Assembly: GCA_041500865.1 (NCBI GenBank)
Contig: JBGQMY010000010.1
Coordinates: 1-34,787, forward strand
DNA length: 34,787 nucleotides
Source of the DNA: Candidatus Micrarchaeia archaeon
GTDB lineage: Archaea > Micrarchaeota > Micrarchaeia > Anstonellales > J096
Reading direction: 5' to 3'
The position numbers and the translations under genes are program-made. Shown here in pieces: positions 7,909 to 17,541 of the stretch. The notes below the pieces were generated by a model. It was not told the DNA's origin. It made no database searches and saw only the letters and a list, made by a program, of their open reading frames with translations. Numbering within the stretch: position 1 is the stretch's first letter; the number at the start of each line of letters is the position of its first letter.

Positions 7909-10155
7909 ATGAACAGGCGGTTCGCCCTTGCCATTTTAGCGGCAATCTTGCTCCTTTCCGGCTGCACGGAAAAGAACTCCATAGACATAGGGGACAAGAT
8001 GAGGGTGGGCTCCATAAACGGAGTGAACGTCGACGGCAACGGAAACGACGAGGCCTCGCTGTACGAGTTCGCGCCGCTGAACGTCGTTCCTTCTGACCCG
8101 ACGGCAGGCTCCATCCTGGTAAAAAAGTACATGTTTGCATACCCTACCCAATATGACATAGCGTTCAGCGGGCCGATAAAGAGCTCAGACCTGGTTGCAT
8201 ATGCCAACGCAAGCTCCGCATACCTGGACGGCTTGCCTGGCAAGTGCAAGATGGACGTGGACGCATGCATTACGCCTGCAAGCTGCAAGGCCAATTGCGG
8301 CCTGGCGGCATGCAAGAGCGCGAAGCTCAACGACATCGGGTACGTGATGGAGGACCTTGCCGGCCTAATAAGGCAGAAGCAATCCGTAACCAGCGATTTG
8401 AAGAAGGAGCTGGCCGGCTACAGCGGCGAAAACGCGACTGACAGGGCCGCCAGGCTGTTCGTGCGCGCGGAAATCATCGATGCGGCGATAAACACGCATC
8501 CGGCAATAGCGGCGCTGGGGATATGCCCCAAGGTCCAGCCAACGGAAACCGGGATGCAGCCGTTCGCCATAAACACTACGAAGTTCAGCATAATCGTAAT
8601 ATACGATGTCATAGGCTCCGCGCTGCAGAGGGGCGCCGCGGTAACGCTGCAGGACAGCATACCCGCGGAGTTCTCCAACAAGGTGAGCCTAAGGGACGTT
8701 CTTGACTCTGCAAGATACGCAACAGAGCCCAACATACAGGTCAAGTTCAACGAGTTGGAGATAAACGACTCCGGGTCGGAATACCTTGCTTACGCGATGG
8801 ACTCAACGGCAGAGAACAGCCAGCTGACTTACGTTGCGATGAACAAGGGAAAGATGGACGTTGCGTTCTTCACAAGCGCGGGCATTGACATCGAAGGCCC
8901 GCTGTCTGCGCTGAATTCGCTATTCATCCCCATCAATGCGGCAACGAAGATGCCAAGGCTCTCCCTGGTGCTTTCCATAGCGACAATCTTCCTGCTGCTC
9001 CTGGTTGCGCTTCAGGTGCTGGGTTCCGCGTATGCGACCGCATCCGCAATCAGGACAAGGAGGGACGCGGTAACGGCTGCGCTGGAGTCGCTGGGCTCGG
9101 CCAATCCGGCATGGCTGGAAACCGCGGTTGCCTGCGCGGTGCTCTTTGCGGCCGGCATCTACATGGAATCCGGTTCCGCAGCCAAGCTCTCCGTAGCAGC
9201 GCTCGACAGCAGGAACATTTACGACGTCGTTCCAATGGACGACATGGCGGCGCTGCTAGGAATAACGCTATATCTGTTCGCCTCCTACCTTGCAGTTGAC
9301 GTGCTGCTGGACAGGCTCAAGGCGATAGCCGGCGGAAAGTACTATTCAAGGAACATAATAAAGTACTCCGCGGCCGAGATTGAGAAAGGCATAAAGGGCC
9401 TCAAGGAAAAAATAAAGAAGGCGTTCCAGGAGATAGGCGGCTATTCTGACAGGGGAATCAACACCAACGACGAGTACAAGAGCATAGCGGCGATATCGCT
9501 TGAAAGCCTGGATGCGCTGTTCAGGAAAGGCGACCTCAGGGAGGCGTACAGGGCACTGGAGGAATACGACAAGACGATAAAGGAAAGCATCCTCATCGTG
9601 AAGAACAAGGAAAAGACGGCAATGATAAACCACGACAAATGGATGGGCATGCTCAAGGACGAGCTGAAGGCGTCCGAAGGCGACAAGGTCAACGTGGACA
9701 CGCTCATAGAAATCCCGGCCGAATGGAGGCTGTGGGTCGTCAGGAAGTTCATAGACGACAACAAGGAAGAGGGCTGGGTATTGGACGGCAATACGCTGAA
9801 GAAGAGCGAACTGCCTGAATCCGACAGGATAGCCGCGCTGATGCACACCCTGGCAAAGGAGGGCAGGATAACCAGCGGCGCGGTGTTCAACAGGACCGTA
9901 TACGCTGGAGGGTATTTCGGGTTCGGCAAGGAAAGCGTAAACCTCGCTTTGAGCAACAGGATAATAAGGTTTTTATTGTCTTTGGGGCAGATGGTGGACA
10001 AGACCAAGGATGTCTCCTTCTCCAGCTACGGAAAGGCGTACAACATATACGTGAGGGAGAGGAACGGGATAAGCGTCATGCTGATAAGCGACAAGAGGAT
10101 AGACGACGCTGTTGACGGGATGGCTGACAAGGCCATAAGGATGGTCGGCAAATGA
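7909..10155 (+). CDS. Hypothetical lipoprotein / multi-pass membrane protein with Cys-rich ectodomain and possible C-terminal Roadblock-like domain
   Basis: MNRRFALAILAAILLLSGC lipobox; Cys cluster; ~3 TM helices; charged helical cytoplasmic region; TTTAAAA about 30 nt upstream. Confidence 0.75.
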   Translation: MNRRFALAILAAILLLSGCTEKNSIDIGDKMRVGSINGVNVDGNGNDEASLYEFAPLNVVPSDPTAGSILVKKYMFAYPTQYDIAFSGPIKSSDLVAYANASSAYLDGLPGKCKMDVDACITPASCKANCGLAACKSAKLNDIGYVMEDLAGLIRQKQSVTSDLKKELAGYSGENATDRAARLFVRAEIIDAAINTHPAIAALGICPKVQPTETGMQPFAINTTKFSIIVIYDVIGSALQRGAAVTLQDSIPAEFSNKVSLRDVLDSARYATEPNIQVKFNELEINDSGSEYLAYAMDSTAENSQLTYVAMNKGKMDVAFFTSAGIDIEGPLSALNSLFIPINAATKMPRLSLVLSIATIFLLLLVALQVLGSAYATASAIRTRRDAVTAALESLGSANPAWLETAVACAVLFAAGIYMESGSAAKLSVAALDSRNIYDVVPMDDMAALLGITLYLFASYLAVDVLLDRLKAIAGGKYYSRNIIKYSAAEIEKGIKGLKEKIKKAFQEIGGYSDRGINTNDEYKSIAAISLESLDALFRKGDLREAYRALEEYDKTIKESILIVKNKEKTAMINHDKWMGMLKDELKASEGDKVNVDTLIEIPAEWRLWVVRKFIDDNKEEGWVLDGNTLKKSELPESDRIAALMHTLAKEGRITSGAVFNRTVYAGGYFGFGKESVNLALSNRIIRFLLSLGQMVDKTKDVSFSSYGKAYNIYVRERNGISVMLISDKRIDDAVDGMADKAIRMVGK

Positions 10156-10159
10156 GGCA

Positions 10160-13100
10160 ATGATTGCAATGGCAGAAAAGAACGAGGAATACACCGCTTC
10201 GTCAATCAAGATACTGGAAGGGCTTGAGGCCGTGAGGAAGAGGCCTGCAATGTACATCGGCGACACATACTCCAGGGGATACCACCATCTCCTGTATGAG
10301 GTGCTTGACAACTCCATAGACGAGGCGCTGGCAGGGCACTGCACAGAGATAAGGATGACGCTCAAGGCGGACGGCTCGGCCGAAGTGGTTGACAACGGAA
10401 GGGGCATTCCGGTGGACATCCATCCTGACACCGGCAAGAGCGCGCTTGAGGTCGTTACAACGATACTGCATGCCGGCGGAAAGTTCGACAACAAGAACTA
10501 CAAGGTCAGCGGAGGCCTGCACGGGGTCGGCATCAGCGTGGTGAATGCGCTGAGCGAGTGGATGACTGTTGAAGTGCACAGGAACGGCCATGTGCACATG
10601 CAAAGGTATGAAAGGGGCGTGCCGTCGCACGACGTGAAGGTCACCGGAACCACGGGCATAAGGGGAACCGCGGTCCGTTTCAAGCCTGACACAAAGATTT
10701 TCGGGGAGCAGGCATTCGAGCCTGAAGGCATCCTGGCCCGACTCAGGGAAGAGGCGTTCCTGAACCCGAAGGTAAAAATAATATTCAATGACGAGGCCTC
10801 CAAAAAGGAGGAAACGTTCTATTCGGAAAGGGGGCTTGCCGACTTCGTGGAAGCGCTGGACAAGGACAAGCCTGCGGTGTCTCCGGTCCTTACTGGAAGC
10901 AAGAGCGAGGGCAGCGTCCAGGTTGACTTCGCGCTGCAGTACGTCAACTCGTATTCCGAGAACATCTACGCGTTCGCGAACAGCATAAAGAACGAGGAGG
11001 GCGGAACGCACCTCGTAGGCTTCAGGTCCGCGCTGACGAGAGTCATCAACGACTTCATAAAAAGGCTCAACCTGCTGAAGGGAGAGGATAAGATAACCGG
11101 GGACGACATAAGGGAGGGCCTGACTGCAGCCATACACGTAAGGCTGCCTTCTCCGCAGTTCGAGGGCCAGACAAAAACCAAATTGGGCAACAACGAGATA
11201 AAGGGCATAGTGGACAGCATCGTCTACGACACGCTGAAGGAATGGATGGAGATGCATCCAGAAGACGGCAAGCGGATATCCCATAAGATAATCTCCGCCA
11301 TGGAGGCAAGGGAGGCAGCGAAGAAGGCGAAGGAGCTGGTGAGGCGCAAGAGCGTGTTTGAGACGTCCGTGCTTCCGGGCAAGCTCGCCGATTGCGCAAC
11401 AAAGAAGGCCGAGGAGGCCGAGCTTTTCATTGTCGAGGGAGAATCTGCTGGCGGATGTTTTGCGGGAGATATTGAGGTAGCATTGGCAGATGGAAGAAGC
11501 CTTAGCTTTAAGGAGCTAATAGACGAGGACAAAAAAGGCAAGGCAAACTATTGCTATACAATCAATGCAGATGGGACTGTTGGCATTGGCCTGATAAAGA
11601 ATCCCAGAAAGACAAAAACAAATGCAGAAGTCATGAAAATAACGCTTGACAATGGCGAAAGCGTCATTTGCACCCTTGACCACAGATTCATGCTAAGGGA
11701 TGGCTCATATACAAGGGCAGACAGCCTGAATAATGGCATAAGCCTTATGCCATTGAACAGAAAACTGTCAAAGATGGAAGGAAGGATAACGATAAAGGGC
11801 TATGAAATGGTCTACGACCCAAAAAAGAGCAAGTGGATATTCACCCATGTTCTTGCAGACAGATATAATGTCAATAATGACAAATACAGTTGCCTTTTGG
11901 GGGCCCATAAACACCATGTGGATTTCAATAAGCTGAACAACAGCCCTGAAAATATCATAAGGCTGTCCAAGGAAGGTCATCTTGGCCTGCATGCAAAGAT
12001 AGCTGAGAAGACGCTGCTTAGGGAAGATAATAAGCAGAAGGCAAGGGAAGCGCACAAGAATCCGGAATACAGGGAGAACATATCCAAAATAATGTCTACG
12101 CCAGAAATGAGGAAAATGCTTTCAGAAAGGGCGAAAAAGCAATGGGACAGCCAAGAATATAAGGAATACATGGTCAAAAAATTCATAAATTTTTATGAGA
12201 ACAATGCGGAATACAGGGAAGAAACCATAAAAAGGCTTGACAAGGCGCAAAAGGACTACTGGTCCAAGGAAGAAAACAGGAAGCTCCAATCAGGGATAGT
12301 CATGAAATACTTTGAAGAGCACCCTGAAGCCCGACACATACTAAGCGAATTGTCAAAAAAGCAATGGGATAATCCTCAGCTGAAAAAATGGAGAAGCAAC
12401 AAGACCAAGGAGCAGTGGACTTCCGAGTTCAGGAAAAATAGAAAACAGGCATATGACAGGACGTATTTCAATGCCACGATAGGGTTCATGAAGCAGATAC
12501 TGGAGAAATACGGCAATCTTGAATCCTATGACAAGGAAAGGGCAAAGTCGGGAAATAGGAACCTGCTTAAAAAAGGGACTTTTGTTGAAAGGTTCTTCGA
12601 TGATGACGAGGGCGCAATGCTGGAAGCCGTCAAGAATTTCAACCATAAGATAGCAATCATTGAGAGATTGGATGAAAAGATGGATGTCTATGACCTGGAA
12701 GTCGAGGGAACGCATAATTTCGCGCTTGCAGCCGGAATTTTTGTCCATAACTCCGCAAAGCAGGGCCGTGACAGGGAGTTCCAGGCCATACTGCCGCTCA
12801 AGGGAAAAATATTGAATATAGAGAAGGCTACGCTCCAGAAGCTGCTGAACAATGCGGAAATCAAGAACATCATACTTGCGCTAGGCACGGGCTTCAGCGA
12901 CGAATTTGACGTAAAAAAGCTAAGGTACCACAAGATAATCACGATGACGGACGCCGACGTGGACGGAAGCCACATAATGACGCTGCTGCTCACGCTGTTC
13001 TTCAGGTATTTCAGGCCCCTCATAGAGGGCGGATACATCTATGTTGCGATGCCGCCATTGTACAAGCTCAAGAAGGGCAGGGTTGAAAAGTACGCATACA

Positions 13101-13360
13101 GCGACGAGGAGAAGGACAGGCTGCTCAAGGAGCTCGGCGAGGGGACGGACGTGCAGAGGTACAAGGGCCTTGGCGAAATGAACCCTGACCAGCTGTGGGG
13201 CACGACCATGGACCCCGCAACCAGGAAACTGAAGAAAATCAGCATACAGGACGCGGCTTACGCCGACACGCTGTTCAACATACTCATGGGCGAGGAAGTG
13301 GAGCCTAGGCGCAAGTACATAGAGGAGCATGCGCTCGAAGTAAAGGAACTGGATGTGTAG
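10160..13360 (+). CDS. gyrB: DNA gyrase subunit B containing an intein
   Basis: EAVRKRPAMYIG, EVLDNSIDE, SGGLHGVG, EGESAGG/SAKQGR, PLKGKILN, DADVDGSHI, QRYKGLGEMN; alternative start 10169. Confidence 0.97.
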   Translation: MIAMAEKNEEYTASSIKILEGLEAVRKRPAMYIGDTYSRGYHHLLYEVLDNSIDEALAGHCTEIRMTLKADGSAEVVDNGRGIPVDIHPDTGKSALEVVTTILHAGGKFDNKNYKVSGGLHGVGISVVNALSEWMTVEVHRNGHVHMQRYERGVPSHDVKVTGTTGIRGTAVRFKPDTKIFGEQAFEPEGILARLREEAFLNPKVKIIFNDEASKKEETFYSERGLADFVEALDKDKPAVSPVLTGSKSEGSVQVDFALQYVNSYSENIYAFANSIKNEEGGTHLVGFRSALTRVINDFIKRLNLLKGEDKITGDDIREGLTAAIHVRLPSPQFEGQTKTKLGNNEIKGIVDSIVYDTLKEWMEMHPEDGKRISHKIISAMEAREAAKKAKELVRRKSVFETSVLPGKLADCATKKAEEAELFIVEGESAGGCFAGDIEVALADGRSLSFKELIDEDKKGKANYCYTINADGTVGIGLIKNPRKTKTNAEVMKITLDNGESVICTLDHRFMLRDGSYTRADSLNNGISLMPLNRKLSKMEGRITIKGYEMVYDPKKSKWIFTHVLADRYNVNNDKYSCLLGAHKHHVDFNKLNNSPENIIRLSKEGHLGLHAKIAEKTLLREDNKQKAREAHKNPEYRENISKIMSTPEMRKMLSERAKKQWDSQEYKEYMVKKFINFYENNAEYREETIKRLDKAQKDYWSKEENRKLQSGIVMKYFEEHPEARHILSELSKKQWDNPQLKKWRSNKTKEQWTSEFRKNRKQAYDRTYFNATIGFMKQILEKYGNLESYDKERAKSGNRNLLKKGTFVERFFDDDEGAMLEAVKNFNHKIAIIERLDEKMDVYDLEVEGTHNFALAAGIFVHNSAKQGRDREFQAILPLKGKILNIEKATLQKLLNNAEIKNIILALGTGFSDEFDVKKLRYHKIITMTDADVDGSHIMTLLLTLFFRYFRPLIEGGYIYVAMPPLYKLKKGRVEKYAYSDEEKDRLLKELGEGTDVQRYKGLGEMNPDQLWGTTMDPATRKLKKISIQDAAYADTLFNILMGEEVEPRRKYIEEHALEVKELDV
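11456..12751 (+). mobile_element. GyrB intein (432 aa) with HNH homing endonuclease
   Basis: Starts CFAGD, block B CTLDHRF, HNH motif HHVDFNKLNNSPENI, block F VYDLEVEGTHNF, ends VHN followed by Ser+1; visibly more A/T-rich than the exteins. Confidence 0.95.
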
Positions 13361-13394
13361 CCTTAGGCTGGATTATTGAAATAATAAAATAAAG

Positions 13395-13427
13395 AAAGCT
13401 TCCGGGCTTCAGAAGTCCGGAAGCTTT
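13395..13427. terminator. Inverted repeat between convergent genes
   Basis: AAAGCTTCCGGGCTTC-A-GAAGTCCGGAAGCTTT: 16-bp arms with one mismatch, centred on the stop codon of 13409-13738. Confidence 0.5.
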
Positions 13428-13738
13428 GACTTTTCTCCCTTGGCAACGCAGTACACGTCCCAAACGACGTACAGGTCAAATGCCAGCGGGATTACGAATA
13501 TCGGGAAGCAAAGCGCGCCCACACCCATTGACACCAAGGTAATGATTGTGTAGACTATTGCCGTGATGATTATCACGCCCCATGTCGCAACCAGGTAGAC
13601 AATGCCTTTCCTGACATTCCCGAGGTACATGTATCCTGCAGAAGGGGCGCTGAGCACCAGCATGCAAACAAGGCTGATAAGCGCCGCTATTCCAGGGTCC
13701 TTTTTCTCAGCAACAGGCTGAGGGTTTGGATTTGCCAT
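13409..13738 (-). CDS. Small membrane protein (TM2/NINE-like)
   Basis: KKDPGIAALISL...AGYMYLGNVRKGI pattern, hydrophobic segments, GGTGA RBS upstream. Confidence 0.75.
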   Translation of the reverse strand: MANPNPQPVAEKKDPGIAALISLVCMLVLSAPSAGYMYLGNVRKGIVYLVATWGVIIITAIVYTIITLVSMGVGALCFPIFVIPLAFDLYVVWDVYCVAKGEKSKLPDF

Positions 13739-13789
13739 AGATTATTTCACCTTGTATTGCTCTTTCTGACGCTTGGTTTATAAATATAA

Positions 13790-14740
13790 TCAGAATATCT
13801 CCACGTTTCCACGCTTGCTGACAAGGATATCCCGCTCAAACCTTACGCCAAAGCGGTTTTTCACGTAAACTGCTGGCTCTATTGCCATCGTTGCGCCCCT
13901 TATCCTATCGCCGGATTTGGCCTTGAGCCTTGGCAGCTCATGGACCTCAAGCCCGATGCCGTGGCCTATGGAATGCGGCATCTCAGGCAGGCCAAGCCTG
14001 CTGAAAACGTTCTTAGCCAAGGCATCAACGTCCTTTCCTGTTTTTGCATCAGGAATTTTGTCAATGATTTCGCGGAATGCCTGATTCAGCTTGCCGTATG
14101 CCAATTCCGCCTTTCCTCCTTTTTCAAGGAAGATGACTTCAGTGATGTCCCCGCAATATCCTTCAACCTTGACGCCAAAATCAACCAGAACGTGCGGGCC
14201 GAGCCTCTTCTTGGTCGGGACGCTGTGCGGGAATGACGAGTTCGCGCCTGTTGCGACAATCGGCTCATAGGAAAGCTCAAGGCCCTGCCCCAAGGCGGCC
14301 ATTTTAAGCTCCTTGGCTATCTGCAGCTCGGTCTTGTCTTTTGAATAATGGATGCCCCTTATCATCTCAAGCGACTTCCTTGCGGCCTTTTTCACCAGCG
14401 CAACCTCGTTCTCGCGCTTGATGCTGCGTTTGGCCGCAATGTCGCTTCCGATGTCTATTACTTTTCGCGCATGTTTTTTCAAAAATGAATAGAAGGACGC
14501 ACTCTCGTTGGCAAAGCTTATGCCTACGTCCTTCTTGTTTATCGTCTTTCCAAGCGACTCCATGTCAAGCGCAAAAAGCGCGCCTTTCCATTTGCGGCTT
14601 GCATAATTGAAGTTCATCTTGGAAACATGGAGCCCCTTTTTGCCGCCCCGGTCTAGCAGGATTGCGTGGTCCAAGTCAAAGCCGGCTGACCACGTGAAGT
14701 CGGGGTTTGGCGACTCGCGCCTGCTTATCAGCGTTATCAT
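13790..14740 (-). CDS. M24 family Xaa-Pro aminopeptidase/prolidase
   Basis: PH, LVDFG, GDIT, HSIGHGIGLEVHE, IEP, RFE metal-ligand motifs. Confidence 0.9.
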   Translation of the reverse strand: MITLISRRESPNPDFTWSAGFDLDHAILLDRGGKKGLHVSKMNFNYASRKWKGALFALDMESLGKTINKKDVGISFANESASFYSFLKKHARKVIDIGSDIAAKRSIKRENEVALVKKAARKSLEMIRGIHYSKDKTELQIAKELKMAALGQGLELSYEPIVATGANSSFPHSVPTKKRLGPHVLVDFGVKVEGYCGDITEVIFLEKGGKAELAYGKLNQAFREIIDKIPDAKTGKDVDALAKNVFSRLGLPEMPHSIGHGIGLEVHELPRLKAKSGDRIRGATMAIEPAVYVKNRFGVRFERDILVSKRGNVEIF

Positions 14741-15612
14741 TTGCCCACTACCGCGCTCGCTATTATGAACGGCTCCCTTGTCTTGTCCACGACAAGCGCC
14801 TTCTCGCCCCTTGACGCGAACGGCTTTTGCACGGTGTTTTGGCCGAGCAGGAACGGCGAGTCCTGCATGGACTGGACCACCATGTATTGCGTGCCCTCCG
14901 AAAGCCTTTTTTCCAGGAAATGCAGCGTGCTTATGTTAGACACTTTCGTTCCGACCGCCATGTCGTAGTCGCAAAGGTAATCCCCCCTGTCGACCTGCGT
15001 CTCGTCCACGTTCTTCAGCGATGCGCCGAAGCGGTTTCCCGCCCCTATCTCGGCCACGTCCTCGTCGTGCAGCTGCAGGCTCTTTAGCTCGATTGACAAT
15101 CCCCTCTGGGGGACCTTGAGGGCCTGGTGCCTCTTGAGCGAGCCGGATATCACGAAACCGAGCGCGACAACGCCTATGCCCTTGACCTTGAAAACGTCGT
15201 CTACCAAGGCAAGGGTCCTTGCTTCGGCAGGCGGCTCAACCAAGAGCAGCCTTTCCCTGAGCTCAAGGGGGTCTGAAACAGGCTCGTATTTTTCCACTGC
15301 CGTGCCTTTTGTTATCTGCTCAATCAGCGACGGCTCTCCCAGCACGAATCCCTTTTTTCCAGAAAGGTGCGCTGCGATGACGATGTTCGCCATCTCCTGC
15401 AGGTTGCCGGTCGCGGCTATTACAAGCACGTCAGCAGTTGAAAAGACCTGCGCCAGCGTCTCGGGCCTGTTGTGCCAGTCATACGGGCAAAGCACTGTCA
15501 GGTATTTGGAATCCTCTTTCAGGCTGTAGACGTGTATGCCGCGCCGCTCCTCCTTCTTGCCGAAGTGCTTGAGGTGCTCCATGTCCCCCGCATAGCCGAT
15601 TATGCTTGGCAT
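14737..15612 (-). CDS. SelB-like (aSelBL-type) EF-Tu-related protein with degenerate G domain
   Basis: Domain II motifs VDDVFKVKGIGVVALG, KSLQLHD, AGNRFGASLKNV, RGD; no P-loop in the N-terminus. Confidence 0.75.
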   Translation of the reverse strand: MPSIIGYAGDMEHLKHFGKKEERRGIHVYSLKEDSKYLTVLCPYDWHNRPETLAQVFSTADVLVIAATGNLQEMANIVIAAHLSGKKGFVLGEPSLIEQITKGTAVEKYEPVSDPLELRERLLLVEPPAEARTLALVDDVFKVKGIGVVALGFVISGSLKRHQALKVPQRGLSIELKSLQLHDEDVAEIGAGNRFGASLKNVDETQVDRGDYLCDYDMAVGTKVSNISTLHFLEKRLSEGTQYMVVQSMQDSPFLLGQNTVQKPFASRGEKALVVDKTREPFIIASAVVGK

Positions 15613-15634
15613 GTTTTGATTAAGAAGGCAACAT

Positions 15635-15883
15635 TTAAATTGTTAAGCGAGCCTTGGCGGCTGGCCTTGGATGCCGGCTTTTCAGTTCCATCGGTTCGGA
15701 ACTGCCCCCGAAAAGGTCCAAATGGGGGCCAAAGGCGGCTTCCATGCTTCCGTCTATCCTCATCTCAAGCAGGTGCAGCGCCTCCTTGAACTTGTGCAGA
15801 TGGGGCTTGCGCACCCTTTGGGAGTCCTTCCTCTTCATCAGCATGATGAGCTGCTTTTCAGGCATGGATAGCCATTGGGCCAT
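15635..15883 (-). CDS. Hypothetical protein (82 aa)
   Basis: Fills the gap, co-oriented with the downstream operon; no recognisable motif. Confidence 0.35.
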   Translation of the reverse strand: MAQWLSMPEKQLIMLMKRKDSQRVRKPHLHKFKEALHLLEMRIDGSMEAAFGPHLDLFGGSSEPMELKSRHPRPAAKARLTI

Positions 15884-16026
15884 GCTTTTTAAACGGTTTG
15901 CATGCGGCCTCCTGCCTGCCTTATGGACAGGCAGCCAGGGGCGGGCCGAACCAGAGGGCAGGAGTGCCTTAAAAGGGCATTATATTATCAATACATTTAA
16001 AACCCCTTTGTAACACAAATTACAAC

Positions 16027-17541
16027 ATGCAAGCCAAAGACCTAGGGCCTCCCCAGTTCTCCCAGGGTGGCCCGAGCCAGGAAGCCAGGAATGCCAGGAA
16101 CCGCCAGTTCATGCAGGGCGGGCAGGCAGCAGACCCTAGCATAAGAAATGCCGACCCACTGGCGGACAGTGCGCCCCTTTTCAAGAGCTACATCGGCGAA
16201 AAGATAAGCGGCGCAACAGGCGACACGTACACTATCCTCAGGAAGATAGGCTCAGGCGGCACAAGCACTGTCTACTCTGCCTCAAACACTAAAACCGACG
16301 AAAGGGTGGCAGTAAAATTCGTCGGCAAGGACTTCAGCGAAATAACAGAACAGGACAACGTACGCTTAGGGCTTGAGATAGAGGCCCTGGGACGCCTTGA
16401 CCACCCCAACATAATAAAGCTGATTGACGCCGGCAAGTACATGAACAGGAAGTTCATGGTCATGGAATACGTAAAGGGCGTGCCGCTGTCCGACACCCTT
16501 GCTGACAGGAAAATGGTGCCATGGTCCAGGGCCAAGTCCATGCTTTTGCAGGTATGCGGCGCCATGGCTGAGGCCCATGCGCAGAACATCATAAACAGGG
16601 ACGTCAAGCCGTCCAACATCATCATACAGAAAAATGGAAATGTCAAGCTCATAGACTTCGGCACTGTTAAAGTGCCGGAGGCAACGGCAGGCACCCAGAC
16701 GGGCGCGATAGTGGGCAGCTTCCGCTACATGTCACCTGAGCAGCTTGATGACAGCAGGAAGGCCGACTGCCGCTCTGACATATACAGCCTTGGCGCCGTT
16801 ATGTACGAATTGATTACCAAGACCACGCCATTCGACATGCATGGCACTGCCCTGCTCAAAAGCATAGCGATGGGCGATGCGCCTGCTCCAAGCAAGCGCC
16901 GCCCCGACCTTGGCATACCGGGCAGGATAGATAAGATAATCCTAAAGGCCCTTGAAAGAGACCCCGACAAGAGGTTCCAGACCATGAAGGAATTCGCAGA
17001 AGCCCTCCGCAGCTGCAACTGGGACGACAAGAAGCGGCGCAATGCCAACCGCGGCAAAACGCCTGCCGCAGTCCACGGGATGGAAAAGGAAGACAGAAAG
17101 CCTCTTGGTATACGGGAAGAACCGCCCAAAAAAACAAAAGACGACACGACAGTCGCGGATGCCAGCTTCATGTACCAGAATTGGGACAGCGGCGCGCATC
17201 GCAGCAGCCACATAGGGAAGATACTTCTAGCCATAAGCGCAGGCCTTGTCGTTGCCGGAGCTGCCATAGGCGTAGTGAGCCTGCATTCGGCCCGCCAGCA
17301 TGCCAAAGCAGAGCAGTCTGCCGTGCATGCCAGGCCCGCAACAGCAGAGCCGGATGCATCAATCTGGAGTGCCATGGCAGACAGCCTGTCTTCTCCGGAA
17401 ACCAAGGATTCCGCAGCAGGCTCCGGCACGATGCACCAGAAAAAGGGCGCAGCAAAGAATGCGAAAAAGGCAGGCAGCAAAGCCGGCGCGCAGCACCATA
17501 AAAACAGGGCAAATGACGGCGTTGAATCCAACTCCTGGTAA
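16027..17541 (+). CDS. Hanks-type (PknB-like) Ser/Thr protein kinase with a TM helix
   Basis: IGSGGTSTVY, VAVK, NRDVKPSN, DFG, YMSPEQ, SDIYSLG; TM ILLAISAGLVVAGAAIGVV; low-complexity tail. Confidence 0.92.
   Translation: MQAKDLGPPQFSQGGPSQEARNARNRQFMQGGQAADPSIRNADPLADSAPLFKSYIGEKISGATGDTYTILRKIGSGGTSTVYSASNTKTDERVAVKFVGKDFSEITEQDNVRLGLEIEALGRLDHPNIIKLIDAGKYMNRKFMVMEYVKGVPLSDTLADRKMVPWSRAKSMLLQVCGAMAEAHAQNIINRDVKPSNIIIQKNGNVKLIDFGTVKVPEATAGTQTGAIVGSFRYMSPEQLDDSRKADCRSDIYSLGAVMYELITKTTPFDMHGTALLKSIAMGDAPAPSKRRPDLGIPGRIDKIILKALERDPDKRFQTMKEFAEALRSCNWDDKKRRNANRGKTPAAVHGMEKEDRKPLGIREEPPKKTKDDTTVADASFMYQNWDSGAHRSSHIGKILLAISAGLVVAGAAIGVVSLHSARQHAKAEQSAVHARPATAEPDASIWSAMADSLSSPETKDSAAGSGTMHQKKGAAKNAKKAGSKAGAQHHKNRANDGVESNSW

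Noticed and set aside
14737..15612. True SelB / selenocysteine system
   Set aside because: No GTPase motifs, and no tRNA-Sec or in-frame UGA genes seen.
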